Origin: Candidatus Zambryskiibacteriota bacterium
GTDB taxonomy: Bacteria; Patescibacteriota; Minisyncoccia; Phycocordibacterales; DATDWN01
Direction of reading: 5' to 3'
Length of the DNA stretch: 64,000 nucleotides
Assembly (NCBI GenBank): GCA_003173855.1
Contig: PPGI01000010.1
Location: 148,696-212,695 of the forward strand
A program made the position numbers and the translations under genes. Under the pieces are notes generated by a model. That model was not told the DNA's origin, did not search any database, and worked only from the letters and a program-made list of their open reading frames with translations. Each line of letters begins with the position of its first letter. Positions within the stretch are counted from its first letter, which is position 1. Of this stretch, positions 19,163 to 28,759 are shown piece after piece.

Positions 19163-20116
19163 ATGACAAAAAAAATTCTACTTTCTGGGGTAAAACCGAC
19201 GGGGCGGCCGCATATTGGAAACTATTTTGGGGCAATGAGGCAGTTTGTGGCTATGCAGAATCTTTATCAATCACTATATATGATTGCCGATTACCATGCG
19301 CTTAATTTCATTCAGGATAAAAAAGAAATGGAAGAAAATATTTTGGGAGTTGCAATGGACTATCTTGCACTTGGCCTTGATCCACAAAAATCAATTATTT
19401 TTAAGCAGTCAGATATTTCTGAACATACGGAATTGACTTGGATTTTTGACACTATTACGACCATGCCATATTTGATGCGTGCACATGCTTATAAAGATGC
19501 GGCTGCAAAGGACAATGAAATAAATGTCGGTACTTTTAATTATCCGATGCTCATGGCAGCAGATATTTTACTCTACGACACAGACGTTGTGCCTGTTGGT
19601 CAGGATCAAAAACAGCATATTGAATATGCTCGTGATACAGCGCAAAAATTTAACAATGTTTTTAAATCCGAAATCTTTAAATTACCTCAAGAAAAGATTC
19701 TTGATGATGTGGCAGTTGTCCCTGGGACTGATGGACGCAAAATGTCTAAAAGCTACGACAACACTATTCCTTTATTTGCCACTGAAGCTGAAATAAAAAA
19801 AGCAGTAATGAGTATTGTGACTGATTCATCTGGAGAAAAGCCTGAAAATGTTTTTGCAATTCATAAATTAGTTAAACCAGAGTCTGAACTTAGTGCATTG
19901 TATGACCAAAATAAAGGCAATTACAAAGCATTAAAAGAAGCCTTAATTTCTGATCTGGAAGATTTTATAAAACCACTTCGAGAGAAAAGGGAACAGTTGG
20001 AACACGACAAAGAATATGTACTTGATGTCCTTCGTGAAGGAGACAAACGGGCAAAAGCAAAAGCCGAGAAAAAAATGGAAGAAGTTCGCGAAGCAATCGG
20101 AGTTAAACTATATTAA
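19163..20116 (+). CDS. trpS: tryptophan--tRNA ligase
   Basis: 'SGVKPTGRPHIGNY', 'YPMLMAADIL', 'VPVGQDQKQH', 'KMSKS'. Confidence 0.98.
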   Translation: MTKKILLSGVKPTGRPHIGNYFGAMRQFVAMQNLYQSLYMIADYHALNFIQDKKEMEENILGVAMDYLALGLDPQKSIIFKQSDISEHTELTWIFDTITTMPYLMRAHAYKDAAAKDNEINVGTFNYPMLMAADILLYDTDVVPVGQDQKQHIEYARDTAQKFNNVFKSEIFKLPQEKILDDVAVVPGTDGRKMSKSYDNTIPLFATEAEIKKAVMSIVTDSSGEKPENVFAIHKLVKPESELSALYDQNKGNYKALKEALISDLEDFIKPLREKREQLEHDKEYVLDVLREGDKRAKAKAEKKMEEVREAIGVKLY

Positions 20117-20119
20117 TCA

Positions 20120-21811
20120 ATGCTGGCGCCATATGCAAGCTCATATTTTCTTGGAAAACTTGTAGATGGAATAATTAATTTTGCAAAAGCGGGCTCACAA
20201 ATATCTAACTACAATCAAATTTGGTTTTTACTATTTCTATATGTTTTTGTTACTTCTTTGCCAAATCTTTTAGGAAATATTCAATACTATTATAGAAGAG
20301 TAATATATTCAGTTTTGGCTATTGAACTAGATGTATCCATTTTAAGAAAAAGAGAGGCGATTGATATCGCAACTTACGAAGACCCTGCTTTCCAAGATTT
20401 AAATCAACGAGCTTTTCGCAATGGTACTGGCCCAATTTATAATGTAACAACGGGACAATTAGAAACTTTGTATTCGATAACCAGTTTAATAGTTGGTACT
20501 GTAATAGCGGTACATTTTAATCTTTTCATATATGCCGTTGTGCTTCTATCAGCTATCCCAAGCTTTTTTGTTGATATGAAATTTGCATCTCGAAGTTGGA
20601 GTATTTGGGCAAAAGATTCACCTGACCAAAGAAGATATGCAGACTTAAGACAACATATTGTTTCTAGAGTACAACTTTTTGAAATAAAATTGTTACAGGC
20701 AGGAAGAAAAGTATTTGATTGGATAGAAAAAATTCTTATAAATTTTTATAAAAATCAGCTTCAATTTGAGAAAACAAAACTTTATCAGTCATCAATAACT
20801 GATGTTCTTTCGGCCATTGGCCTTATGATTGGATTATTTCTATTAGTTAAACAAGTTATTATTGGAACTGTAGCTGTAGGAGGTCTTGTTTATCTAATTG
20901 GTACATTTTTCAATGTTAGATCTGCTATAAGCTCACTTTTAACTACTATTTCAAATCAGTATGAAGATAGTTTAATTACAAATGACATAATTGATGTCAT
21001 GGAGACAGCACCGGTCATTATTGAAGCAAGAAATCCGGTTCCATTAAAACTTAAATCTGCACCAGAAATCGTATTCGAAAATGTTGGTTTTAAATATAGA
21101 AATTCAGATAAGTGGAGTTTGAAAAATTTGAATTTAACATTCAGTGCAGGTGACAACATTGGTCTTGTTGGCAATAATGGGGCAGGTAAAACAACATTAG
21201 TAAAATTAATATCTAGAATTTATGATCCTACAGAAGGCAGAATTCTTATAAATGGCATTGATCTGAAAGATATTTCCATTCAAGAATGGTGGTCATATCT
21301 TGGAATTATGTTTCAAGATTATGCAAATTATGATTTCCTGGTGAAAGATGCAATTTCGATTGGAAATCCAAATAAACCCACAAATCTCACTAAAGTAATC
21401 GAGGCTGCTCATACGAGTCAAGCACATTTATTTATTGAAGAATGGGAAAAGAAATATGATCAGCAGCTTGGTGTAGAATTTAGCGGAAAAGAGCCGTCGA
21501 AAGGTCAAAGACAAAAACTTTCGATTGCAAAAACTTTATATCGTGATGGATTTGTAATGATTTTAGATGAACCGACTGCTTCTGTTGATGCGGAGTCTGA
21601 ATCAAAAATATTCGACTCAATTGAAAATTTGCCAAAAGATAGAACAGCAATTTTAATTTCTCATGATTTTTCAACAATTTCTGCTTGTGACAAGATTTTT
21701 GTTTTAGATGATGGAAGATTAATTGAGGAAGGTGATCACAAGCACTTGATGTCGCTTAAAGGTAAGTATGCTGAGCTTTACAATTTACAAGCTAAAAGAT
21801 TTAAAAAGTAG
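20120..21811 (+). CDS. ABC exporter, fused TMD-NBD (N-terminus possibly truncated)
   Basis: TM helices, 'GNNGAGKTT', signature variant 'PSKGQRQK', 'ILDEPT', 'ISH'. Confidence 0.88.
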   Translation: MLAPYASSYFLGKLVDGIINFAKAGSQISNYNQIWFLLFLYVFVTSLPNLLGNIQYYYRRVIYSVLAIELDVSILRKREAIDIATYEDPAFQDLNQRAFRNGTGPIYNVTTGQLETLYSITSLIVGTVIAVHFNLFIYAVVLLSAIPSFFVDMKFASRSWSIWAKDSPDQRRYADLRQHIVSRVQLFEIKLLQAGRKVFDWIEKILINFYKNQLQFEKTKLYQSSITDVLSAIGLMIGLFLLVKQVIIGTVAVGGLVYLIGTFFNVRSAISSLLTTISNQYEDSLITNDIIDVMETAPVIIEARNPVPLKLKSAPEIVFENVGFKYRNSDKWSLKNLNLTFSAGDNIGLVGNNGAGKTTLVKLISRIYDPTEGRILINGIDLKDISIQEWWSYLGIMFQDYANYDFLVKDAISIGNPNKPTNLTKVIEAAHTSQAHLFIEEWEKKYDQQLGVEFSGKEPSKGQRQKLSIAKTLYRDGFVMILDEPTASVDAESESKIFDSIENLPKDRTAILISHDFSTISACDKIFVLDDGRLIEEGDHKHLMSLKGKYAELYNLQAKRFKK

Positions 21812-21834
21812 CCAGTTTATGCTAAATTAGCTAT

Positions 21835-23124
21835 ATGGAAAGAGTTAAAAATAAGGATATTGGTGAATATGTCGGAAAGGAAATAACTATCTATGGTTTT
21901 GCACATACGATACGTGTGCAAAGCAAGATTATATTTATCTTAGTTCGAGATATCACAGGCATTGTCCAGACTGTTGTTGAGGCAAAAAGTGAGGCGTTTG
22001 AAACAGCAAAAAATCTCTCGCATGAATCAGTAATAAAAGTTACAGGTCAAGTTAAAGAAGCAAAGCAAGCACCAGGTGGGTTTGAGCTGAATGTCTCTAA
22101 TATCGAGGTTTTGTCAGTTGCTGATCCGGAACTTCCAATTCCAGTTGTTGTGAAGGGCGGGGAAGAAACAGAAGCACCAATAAGACTTGATTATCGATGG
22201 ATTGATCTTCGTAAACCAGAAAAAGCTAAAATTTTTAAAGTGTGGACTGAATTAGAAAAAGGATTTCGAAAATATTGGAGTGATAATAATTTTATCCAAC
22301 TTTATCCACCAAACTTTCTTAAAACCCAATCTGAATCAGGAGCAGAAGTTTTTACAGTAAACTATTTTGATCGCCAAGCTTATTTACCTCAATCTCCACA
22401 GTTTTACAAACAAATGGGAATTGCTTCTGGTTTTGAAAAAGTTTTTATGGTAGCACCAGTTTTTCGTGCAGAACCATCATTTACCACGAGACACTTAACA
22501 GAATTTACTGGTTGGGATTTTGAACTGGCGTATGTCAAAGATCATCACAGCATAATGGACGAGGAAGAAGGAATGTTGGTCGAAGGTTTTAATCAATTGC
22601 TAGAAACATTTCCTGATCTTGATATTACTGTTCCATCGCGGCCATTTCCGAGACTAACAATGGTTGAAGCAAAGAAGATTTTAAAAGACGAGGGTATTCC
22701 AAGTCCAGAAGAACACGATCTATCTCCAGAGGAAGAGCGAGCAATTGCTGATTATATAAAAAAAGAAAAAAATCACGATTTTGTTTTCATAACTGATTAT
22801 CACAAATCAAAAAGTGCGTTCTACCACATGAGACTGGAAGAAGAACCTGACAGATCTCGCAGAGCAGATCTTTTATATCGTGGACTTGAAGTGACAACGC
22901 TTGCTCAACGTGAACATAGACCAGAAATATTAAAAAAACAAGCAGAAGAAAAAGGGATGTCTCTTGAACCATTAACAGACTACATTAATTTTTTTCGATA
23001 TGGTTGCCCTCCACATGGCGGCGGTGGTATTGGTCCAGGTCGTTTGGTTATGAAAATTCTGGATTTGCCTAACGTTAGGGAAGCAACATATCTCCCTCGA
23101 GATGTTAAAAGATTGAATCCTTAA
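21835..23124 (+). CDS. aspS: aspartate--tRNA ligase, short archaeal/non-discriminating type
   Basis: 429 aa without GAD insertion; 'QSPQFYKQ', 'FRAE..T.RHL.EF', 'PPHGGGGIG'. Confidence 0.92.
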   Translation: MERVKNKDIGEYVGKEITIYGFAHTIRVQSKIIFILVRDITGIVQTVVEAKSEAFETAKNLSHESVIKVTGQVKEAKQAPGGFELNVSNIEVLSVADPELPIPVVVKGGEETEAPIRLDYRWIDLRKPEKAKIFKVWTELEKGFRKYWSDNNFIQLYPPNFLKTQSESGAEVFTVNYFDRQAYLPQSPQFYKQMGIASGFEKVFMVAPVFRAEPSFTTRHLTEFTGWDFELAYVKDHHSIMDEEEGMLVEGFNQLLETFPDLDITVPSRPFPRLTMVEAKKILKDEGIPSPEEHDLSPEEERAIADYIKKEKNHDFVFITDYHKSKSAFYHMRLEEEPDRSRRADLLYRGLEVTTLAQREHRPEILKKQAEEKGMSLEPLTDYINFFRYGCPPHGGGGIGPGRLVMKILDLPNVREATYLPRDVKRLNP

Positions 23125-23226
23125 AATTATCTCATCTGCGTTGTTGAACTTCAAAAAATGCTCGTCACTTTACTATTTGTAAAGCTCCTCACATTTTCCT
23201 CGTCCGCCTAGCATCTAAAGCAATTT
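23124..23226. repeat. ERIC-like palindromic intergenic element, copy A
   Basis: AAATTATCTCATCTGCGTTG...GTCACTTTACTATTTGTAAAGCTCC...CCGCCTAGCATCTAAAGCAATTT; homologous to the reverse complement of 58441-58543. Confidence 0.8.
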
Positions 23227-23262
23227 TCCTGATTTAAGAAATTCAAATGTTATAATCTAATT

Positions 23263-23991
23263 ATGGACTCGGAATTTCAGGTCAAAACTCACATATTTGA
23301 AGGGCCGCTTGATACTCTGCTTTCGCTGATTGAAAAGCGGAAACTTTTCATAAATGATATTTCACTTGCTCAAGTGGCAGATGACTATATTGCTTATGTG
23401 AAATCGCTAGAGAATTTTCCAATTGCAGATTCAGCCCATTTCATTTTGATTGCCTCCACACTTGTACTGATTAAATCAAAATCACTTTTGCCCACACTCG
23501 AGCTTTCAGAAGAAGAGCAGGGAAGTATTGAGGATTTGGAAAATAGATTGAAGGAATATCAAAAGTACAAAGCTTTAGCACGACATTTACGAGACAGGTT
23601 TGGTATTAATGTCGAATATTTGCGATTGCCATCAAAAGATCAGATCATTGTTTTTACTCCAGATAAAAATATTTCAGTAGAAAGGATTCAAGAAACAATT
23701 CGATCCGTTCTTGCCTCCATGCCAAAGCAGGAGCTTGTTCCAAAAGCCATTGTTCAAAAAGTTATTTCACTTGAAGAAATGATAGAGAGTTTAACTAAAC
23801 GAATTCAGACAAATCTAAAAATGAGTTTCAAAGAATTTTCTCAACATGGTAAAACAGAGAAAGTAAATGTCATCGTTTCATTTTTAGCTATGCTAGAATT
23901 AGTAAAGCAGGGAATTATTCAGGTTAGGCAAGATAGGGATTTTCATGATATTGAAATTGAGTCACAGTCAGTTGGAATACCAAGATATTAA
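23263..23991 (+). CDS. scpA: segregation and condensation protein A
   Basis: 'FEGPLDTLLSLI', 'IKSKSLLP', 'FLAMLELVKQG'. Confidence 0.95.
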   Translation: MDSEFQVKTHIFEGPLDTLLSLIEKRKLFINDISLAQVADDYIAYVKSLENFPIADSAHFILIASTLVLIKSKSLLPTLELSEEEQGSIEDLENRLKEYQKYKALARHLRDRFGINVEYLRLPSKDQIIVFTPDKNISVERIQETIRSVLASMPKQELVPKAIVQKVISLEEMIESLTKRIQTNLKMSFKEFSQHGKTEKVNVIVSFLAMLELVKQGIIQVRQDRDFHDIEIESQSVGIPRY

Positions 23992-24001
23992 TTTCTTTCT
24001 C

Positions 24002-24096
24002 ACCATGACTTTTTCATCACCGGAATAATTTTTTGCTAAAAATTTTCCTAGCGCTCGTGATTCACTCACTCCGCGATGCGCTGAAAAAATCATGGT
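24002..24096. repeat. small element with terminal inverted repeats (MITE-like) between scpA and scpB
   Basis: ACCATGACTTTTTCA ... TGAAAAAATCATGGT, 15-bp arms with 1 mismatch. Confidence 0.55.
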
Positions 24097-24111
24097 TCGA
24101 CAAAATTAATT

Positions 24112-24666
24112 ATGAAAGAGTCAGAATTAGTAAAACAACTTGAAGCAGTTCTTTTTTATCTTGCTGAACCTGTAAGTATTAATTTTCTTTCAAAAACGTT
24201 GGAAGTTTCTAAAAAAGAGATTGAAAGTGCAATTCGAGAATTAGGTACTGATTTAGAAAAAAGAGGAACTAGATTAGTCGTACATGATGGGGAAGTAACG
24301 CTTGTTACAGCTCCAGAATTTTCAGGTCTCATTGAAAAAATAGTTAAAGAAGAACGCGAACGAGATTTAGGGAGAGCTGGAATTGAGACATTAGCTATCA
24401 TTGCCTACAAAGGACCAGTGACGAAAAAAGAAATTGAATATATTCGTGGAGTTAACTCTCAATATGCCTTGCGAAATCTTCTTTTGCGAGGTTTAGTTCA
24501 AAAAAAAGCTGCAACTGGTGACGAACGTATGGTAATCTATACTATTACAGGTGACACTTTGCGTTATTTAGGCTTGAGTAATATTTCTGAATTGCCTGAA
24601 TACGAAGAAATCCAAAAACAACTTGAAGTAAGTGAAGATTCTGAAATAAAAGAGGATGGAGAATAA
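24112..24666 (+). CDS. scpB: segregation and condensation protein B
   Basis: 'LEAVLF', 'ETLAIIAYKGPVT..EIEYIRGVNS'. Confidence 0.95.
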   Translation: MKESELVKQLEAVLFYLAEPVSINFLSKTLEVSKKEIESAIRELGTDLEKRGTRLVVHDGEVTLVTAPEFSGLIEKIVKEERERDLGRAGIETLAIIAYKGPVTKKEIEYIRGVNSQYALRNLLLRGLVQKKAATGDERMVIYTITGDTLRYLGLSNISELPEYEEIQKQLEVSEDSEIKEDGE

Positions 24667-25612
24667 TAACGATCAAATTCCAGGAATACCAAAATGGATG
24701 CTTGTGATGAATGCTTTCATCATGATCATTTTGCTTTTACTTTTCTTTCTAATTTACGGTGCGACACACAAGCCAATTTCGAGAGTGGTTCGTGAAGAAA
24801 ATTTAGTTAAAAGTGAACTAATACCGTTAGAAAATGTTCCAATTCTTGCAAAAGCAGCTTTTGTTTATGACGTTCGAGAAAACAGAGTAATTTACAAAAA
24901 AAATGAAGTCGCCCAGCTACCTTTAGCCTCTCTAACAAAACTGATGATGGCTCTTACGGCTGTAAAAATTTTCTCGAAAGATTCGCACATTATGATTAAG
25001 AAGGAATTTCTAGAGGAAGAAGGTGATAGTGGGCTCTTGGCCGATGAATCCTGGAAATTAAAAGATTTGCTTGATTTTTCTCTTGTTGTTTCTTCAAATG
25101 ATGGGGCACGGTCAGTTGCTTCGGTAATTGGTGCCTCAAATTTAAAAACAAATAACTATGAAATGGGTCGCAAGGAATTTATTAATAAAATGAATGTTAC
25201 TGCCCAAGATTTGGGACTGAAACAAACTTATTTTGTAAACGAAAGTGGACTTGATATTGGTGATGTTAGCGGCGGCTACGGATCTGCAATGGATATTGAA
25301 AAATTGATGCAATATATTTTAATAAATAACCCTGAACTTCTTGAAGCTACAAAATATGCAAGCCTTTCGATTGATTCGATGCACGGAGTTCACATTGCTA
25401 AAAACACCGATCAAGATATAAAAGTTATTCCTGGATTAATTGCCGGTAAAACTGGTTACACCAGTCTTGCTGGTGGCAATCTGGCTGTAGCTTTTGATGC
25501 TTCAATTGGACGGCCAATTATTGTTGTTGTTCTCGGTTCAACCGAAGCTGGAAGATTTAGTGATGTTGAGACTCTAGTGAAAGCAACACTTGCTTATATA
25601 AACAATTCTTAA
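24656..25612 (+). CDS. D-alanyl-D-alanine carboxypeptidase (S11)
   Basis: SxxK 'ASLTK', SxN 'SSND', 'KTGYT'; N-terminal TM. Confidence 0.9.
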   Translation: MENNNDQIPGIPKWMLVMNAFIMIILLLLFFLIYGATHKPISRVVREENLVKSELIPLENVPILAKAAFVYDVRENRVIYKKNEVAQLPLASLTKLMMALTAVKIFSKDSHIMIKKEFLEEEGDSGLLADESWKLKDLLDFSLVVSSNDGARSVASVIGASNLKTNNYEMGRKEFINKMNVTAQDLGLKQTYFVNESGLDIGDVSGGYGSAMDIEKLMQYILINNPELLEATKYASLSIDSMHGVHIAKNTDQDIKVIPGLIAGKTGYTSLAGGNLAVAFDASIGRPIIVVVLGSTEAGRFSDVETLVKATLAYINNS

Positions 25613-25678
25613 TGAGGTAAGACAGCCAAAAAAGCCTTATTTTTGGACAAATTTCGGCTTTTTTAGTAGAATCGGGTA

Positions 25679-27511
25679 ATGTGCGGAATTGCTGGAATTC
25701 TTGGTGATAATATTCGTGATAAGGAGATTGTCATAGGCAAAATGACTTCGCTTTTAGAGCATCGAGGGCCTGATGATCAGGGTTATTATATTGATAAATA
25801 TGTCGGTCTTGGAATGCGTCGGCTTGCAATTATTGATCTAGAGCATGGCCGCCAGCCGATTACATCTGAAGATGAGAAGCTTGTAATTTTTTTTAATGGA
25901 GAAATTTATAATTACAAAGAGCTTCGTGAAGAACTGTCTGATTACAAATTTAAAACTGATTCTGACACAGAAGTAATTTTACATATGTTTGAAAAACATG
26001 GCCATGCAATGCTGCCTCGTTTGCGTGGCATGTTTACATTTTGCATTTACAATAACGAAACAAAAAAAGTTTTCATTGCGCGAGATTTTTTTGGAATTAA
26101 ACCGCTTTATTATCTATCCGAAGGTGAAAAAATAGTTGCTTTTTCATCTGAAATAAAAAGTTTTCTCGAATACCCAGAATTTAAAAGAGAGGTAAATGAT
26201 GCAGCTGTTTATAATTATCTTTCATTTCAATATAATCCATTAACTGAAACATTTTTTAAAAATGTTTATAAACTTCCTCCTGGTCATTTTCTTTCAATTG
26301 ATTTAAATAAAAACGAAACAGTTATCGAAAAATACTGGTCATTTTCATTTGATCAAAAAAATAATCTCGAAGAAAAATATGTGACTCAAAAAATTAAAGA
26401 AACTATCAAGGATTCGGTCTCGCATCACATGATCGCAGACGTTCCTGTCGGAGCGTTTCTCTCAGGTGGAATTGACTCAAGTATTATTGCAACAAGCATG
26501 CAGGAAATCAGGGGAGAAAAAAAGATAAAAACTTTTACTGTCGGCTTCACTTCACTTTCAGAAGGCAAAGAATCAAAACAAACATCTGATTTTCTTGAAA
26601 CGGATCATACAGAAATCACTATTACTGCAGAAGAATATTTTAAAGCATTATCTGATGCCGTTTATCATTTTGATGAGCCTGTAGCCGATCCAAGCGCAAT
26701 CGGGCTTTATTTTCTAGCAAAAGAGGCTAGAAAGTCAGTCAAAGTTGTACTCTCTGGAGAAGGTTCTGATGAATTGTTCGGCGGTTACAATATTTATTTA
26801 GCCCCTATGGCGTCAGAAAAATTCAAATGGCTGCCAAACTGGATATTAAATTTATTTATTAGTTTGCCATTTGAATATTTTGGAAAAAATTACCTAAGGC
26901 GAGTAAAAATGAAACTCGAAGATTGGTATTTTGGACAAAAATATTTTAATGAATCAATTTTTCAGAGAAACGAAATTGAAAAAATTTGGCTTGAGCCTCA
27001 ACAAAAATTTTTAAATCTGAATTCTTTGTACCGTGAGTCTCAAGGCTTAAGCGAATCGACCCAGATGCAATATATTGATATATATACCTGGCTAGTAGGC
27101 GATATTTTAGCCAAAGCCGACAAAATGACTATGGCCCATTCACTTGAGCTGCGAGTGCCATTTCTTGATATTCCAGTCTCAAATCTAGCAAAAACATTGC
27201 CAGATAAATTTAAATGGCGAAATGGAATAACCAAGTATCTTTTACGTGAAGCATTTAAAAAAATAGTTCCAGAAAAAACTCGAATGAGAAAAAAACTAGG
27301 TTTTCCAACTCCAGTAGGGAAGTGGTTTACCAAAGACAAAATTGATTTATATCTTACAATTTTAAAAAACAAATATATTGAAACACATTTAAACACTAAA
27401 GAAATTAAAAAAATAATTGACGATCATTTAAATAAAAAAAGAGATAATTCGAGAAAAATTTACCTGCTTCTTATGCTTGCATTGTGGTACAATGAATTTA
27501 TAGCAAAATAA
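25679..27511 (+). CDS. asnB: asparagine synthase (glutamine-hydrolysing) family amidotransferase
   Basis: 'MCGIAG', 'HRGPD', 'NGEIYN', 'LSGGIDSS', 'SGEGSDELFGGY', 'LELRVPFLD'. Confidence 0.93.
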   Translation: MCGIAGILGDNIRDKEIVIGKMTSLLEHRGPDDQGYYIDKYVGLGMRRLAIIDLEHGRQPITSEDEKLVIFFNGEIYNYKELREELSDYKFKTDSDTEVILHMFEKHGHAMLPRLRGMFTFCIYNNETKKVFIARDFFGIKPLYYLSEGEKIVAFSSEIKSFLEYPEFKREVNDAAVYNYLSFQYNPLTETFFKNVYKLPPGHFLSIDLNKNETVIEKYWSFSFDQKNNLEEKYVTQKIKETIKDSVSHHMIADVPVGAFLSGGIDSSIIATSMQEIRGEKKIKTFTVGFTSLSEGKESKQTSDFLETDHTEITITAEEYFKALSDAVYHFDEPVADPSAIGLYFLAKEARKSVKVVLSGEGSDELFGGYNIYLAPMASEKFKWLPNWILNLFISLPFEYFGKNYLRRVKMKLEDWYFGQKYFNESIFQRNEIEKIWLEPQQKFLNLNSLYRESQGLSESTQMQYIDIYTWLVGDILAKADKMTMAHSLELRVPFLDIPVSNLAKTLPDKFKWRNGITKYLLREAFKKIVPEKTRMRKKLGFPTPVGKWFTKDKIDLYLTILKNKYIETHLNTKEIKKIIDDHLNKKRDNSRKIYLLLMLALWYNEFIAK

Positions 27512-27512
27512 G

Positions 27513-28565
27513 ATGATCAATGTTTTAAAAGTTGTCGTTCCTTCTGTTCTAGCTTTCTTTTTTGGAATAATTATTACCCCTTTTTTTACAGATATTTTCT
27601 ACAAATACAAAATGTGGAAAAAATCTCCGCGTACAGAATCAAACATTACTACTGGCGATTTTGCCAAAGTTCATAACACCCATGCAGAGCTCTCAACTCC
27701 TAGACTCGGTGGAATGATTATTTGGGTTTCAGTAATTCTCACAGTCCTTGCAATCTATTTATTTTCGATAGTTTTCCCCTCAGATTTAACCATAAAATTA
27801 AATTTCTTAAGTAGAAATCAAACAATAATCCCGCTGGTTGCACTTATTTTGGCAAGTCTTATCGGATTGGTTGATGATCTGCTTCAGATTTTTGGCAAAG
27901 GAACATACGCAAAAGACCCTTTATTTTATCGAAAAATTAAAATTGCTTGTATTTTACTCATTGGTCTAGCAATAAGCTTTTGGTTTTATGACAAACTTGA
28001 AGCAACTGCCATTCATATTCCGTTTGATGGAGAACTTGAGCTTGGACTGTGGTTTATTCCATTTTTTATTTTGGTAATGCTCGGAGTTTTCTCAACAAGT
28101 GTTATAGACGGCATGGACGGTCTAGCAGGCGGAGTTCTCGCTATTATATTTACAGCTTATGCTGTTATTGCCTTTGTTCACAATCAAATCGACATTTCAG
28201 CTTTTTGCTCAGTTATAGCAGGTGGAATACTTGCTTTTCTTTGGTTTAACATTCCTCCCGCGAGATTTTATATGGGAGAAACAGGAATTCTTGGTTTAAC
28301 AGTGACACTTTCTGTGATTGCATTTCTTACAAATTCTGCCTTACTGCTTTTAGTTATTGGTTTTCCTTTAGTTATTACTTCCTTGTCAGTTATTATTCAA
28401 ATTATTTCTTATAAATATTTTGGCAAACGACGAGTTTTTAGATTAGCGCCGCTTCACCATCATTTCGAAGTAATTGGCTGGTCACGAGAAAAAATTGTAA
28501 TGCGTTATTGGATTATTAGTGTAGTTTTTGCAATTATTGGTGTGATTATTGCACTCATTAGTTAA
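27513..28565 (+). CDS. mraY: phospho-N-acetylmuramoyl-pentapeptide transferase
   Basis: 'TPRLGG', 'GLVDD', 'DGMDGLAGG', 'YMGETG', 'APLHHHFE'. Confidence 0.95.
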   Translation: MINVLKVVVPSVLAFFFGIIITPFFTDIFYKYKMWKKSPRTESNITTGDFAKVHNTHAELSTPRLGGMIIWVSVILTVLAIYLFSIVFPSDLTIKLNFLSRNQTIIPLVALILASLIGLVDDLLQIFGKGTYAKDPLFYRKIKIACILLIGLAISFWFYDKLEATAIHIPFDGELELGLWFIPFFILVMLGVFSTSVIDGMDGLAGGVLAIIFTAYAVIAFVHNQIDISAFCSVIAGGILAFLWFNIPPARFYMGETGILGLTVTLSVIAFLTNSALLLLVIGFPLVITSLSVIIQIISYKYFGKRRVFRLAPLHHHFEVIGWSREKIVMRYWIISVVFAIIGVIIALIS

Positions 28566-28567
28566 TA

Positions 28568-28592
28568 AAAAGGCGACACCGAAGTGCCGCCT
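28568..28592 (-). terminator. intrinsic terminator of the small cassette ORF
   Basis: Minus strand AGGCGGCAC-TTCG-GTGTCGCCT followed by TTTTATT. Confidence 0.75.
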
Positions 28593-28603
28593 CGTTGTCG
28601 GAA

Positions 28604-28759
28604 CTAAATTGATACCTGTTCCGACTCCCTTCGACTTCCTTGTCTGTGCTTTCGGATTTCTCCGCGCCATAAGCCGTAGATGCCAACCACAGTTGACACA
28701 ACGACACTGACGATAAATAGAGGATTTCTCAAAAAATTGGCGAGAGCCTGATTGATCAT
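28604..28759 (-). CDS. orphan 51-aa single-TM protein (MINQALANFLRNPLFIVSVVVSTVVGIYGLWRGEIRKHRQGSRRESEQVSI)
   Basis: Read manually (below the ORF-track cutoff); SD GAGGGAG, TM helix, charged tail, terminator. Confidence 0.65.
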   Translation of the reverse strand: MINQALANFLRNPLFIVSVVVSTVVGIYGLWRGEIRKHRQGSRRESEQVSI

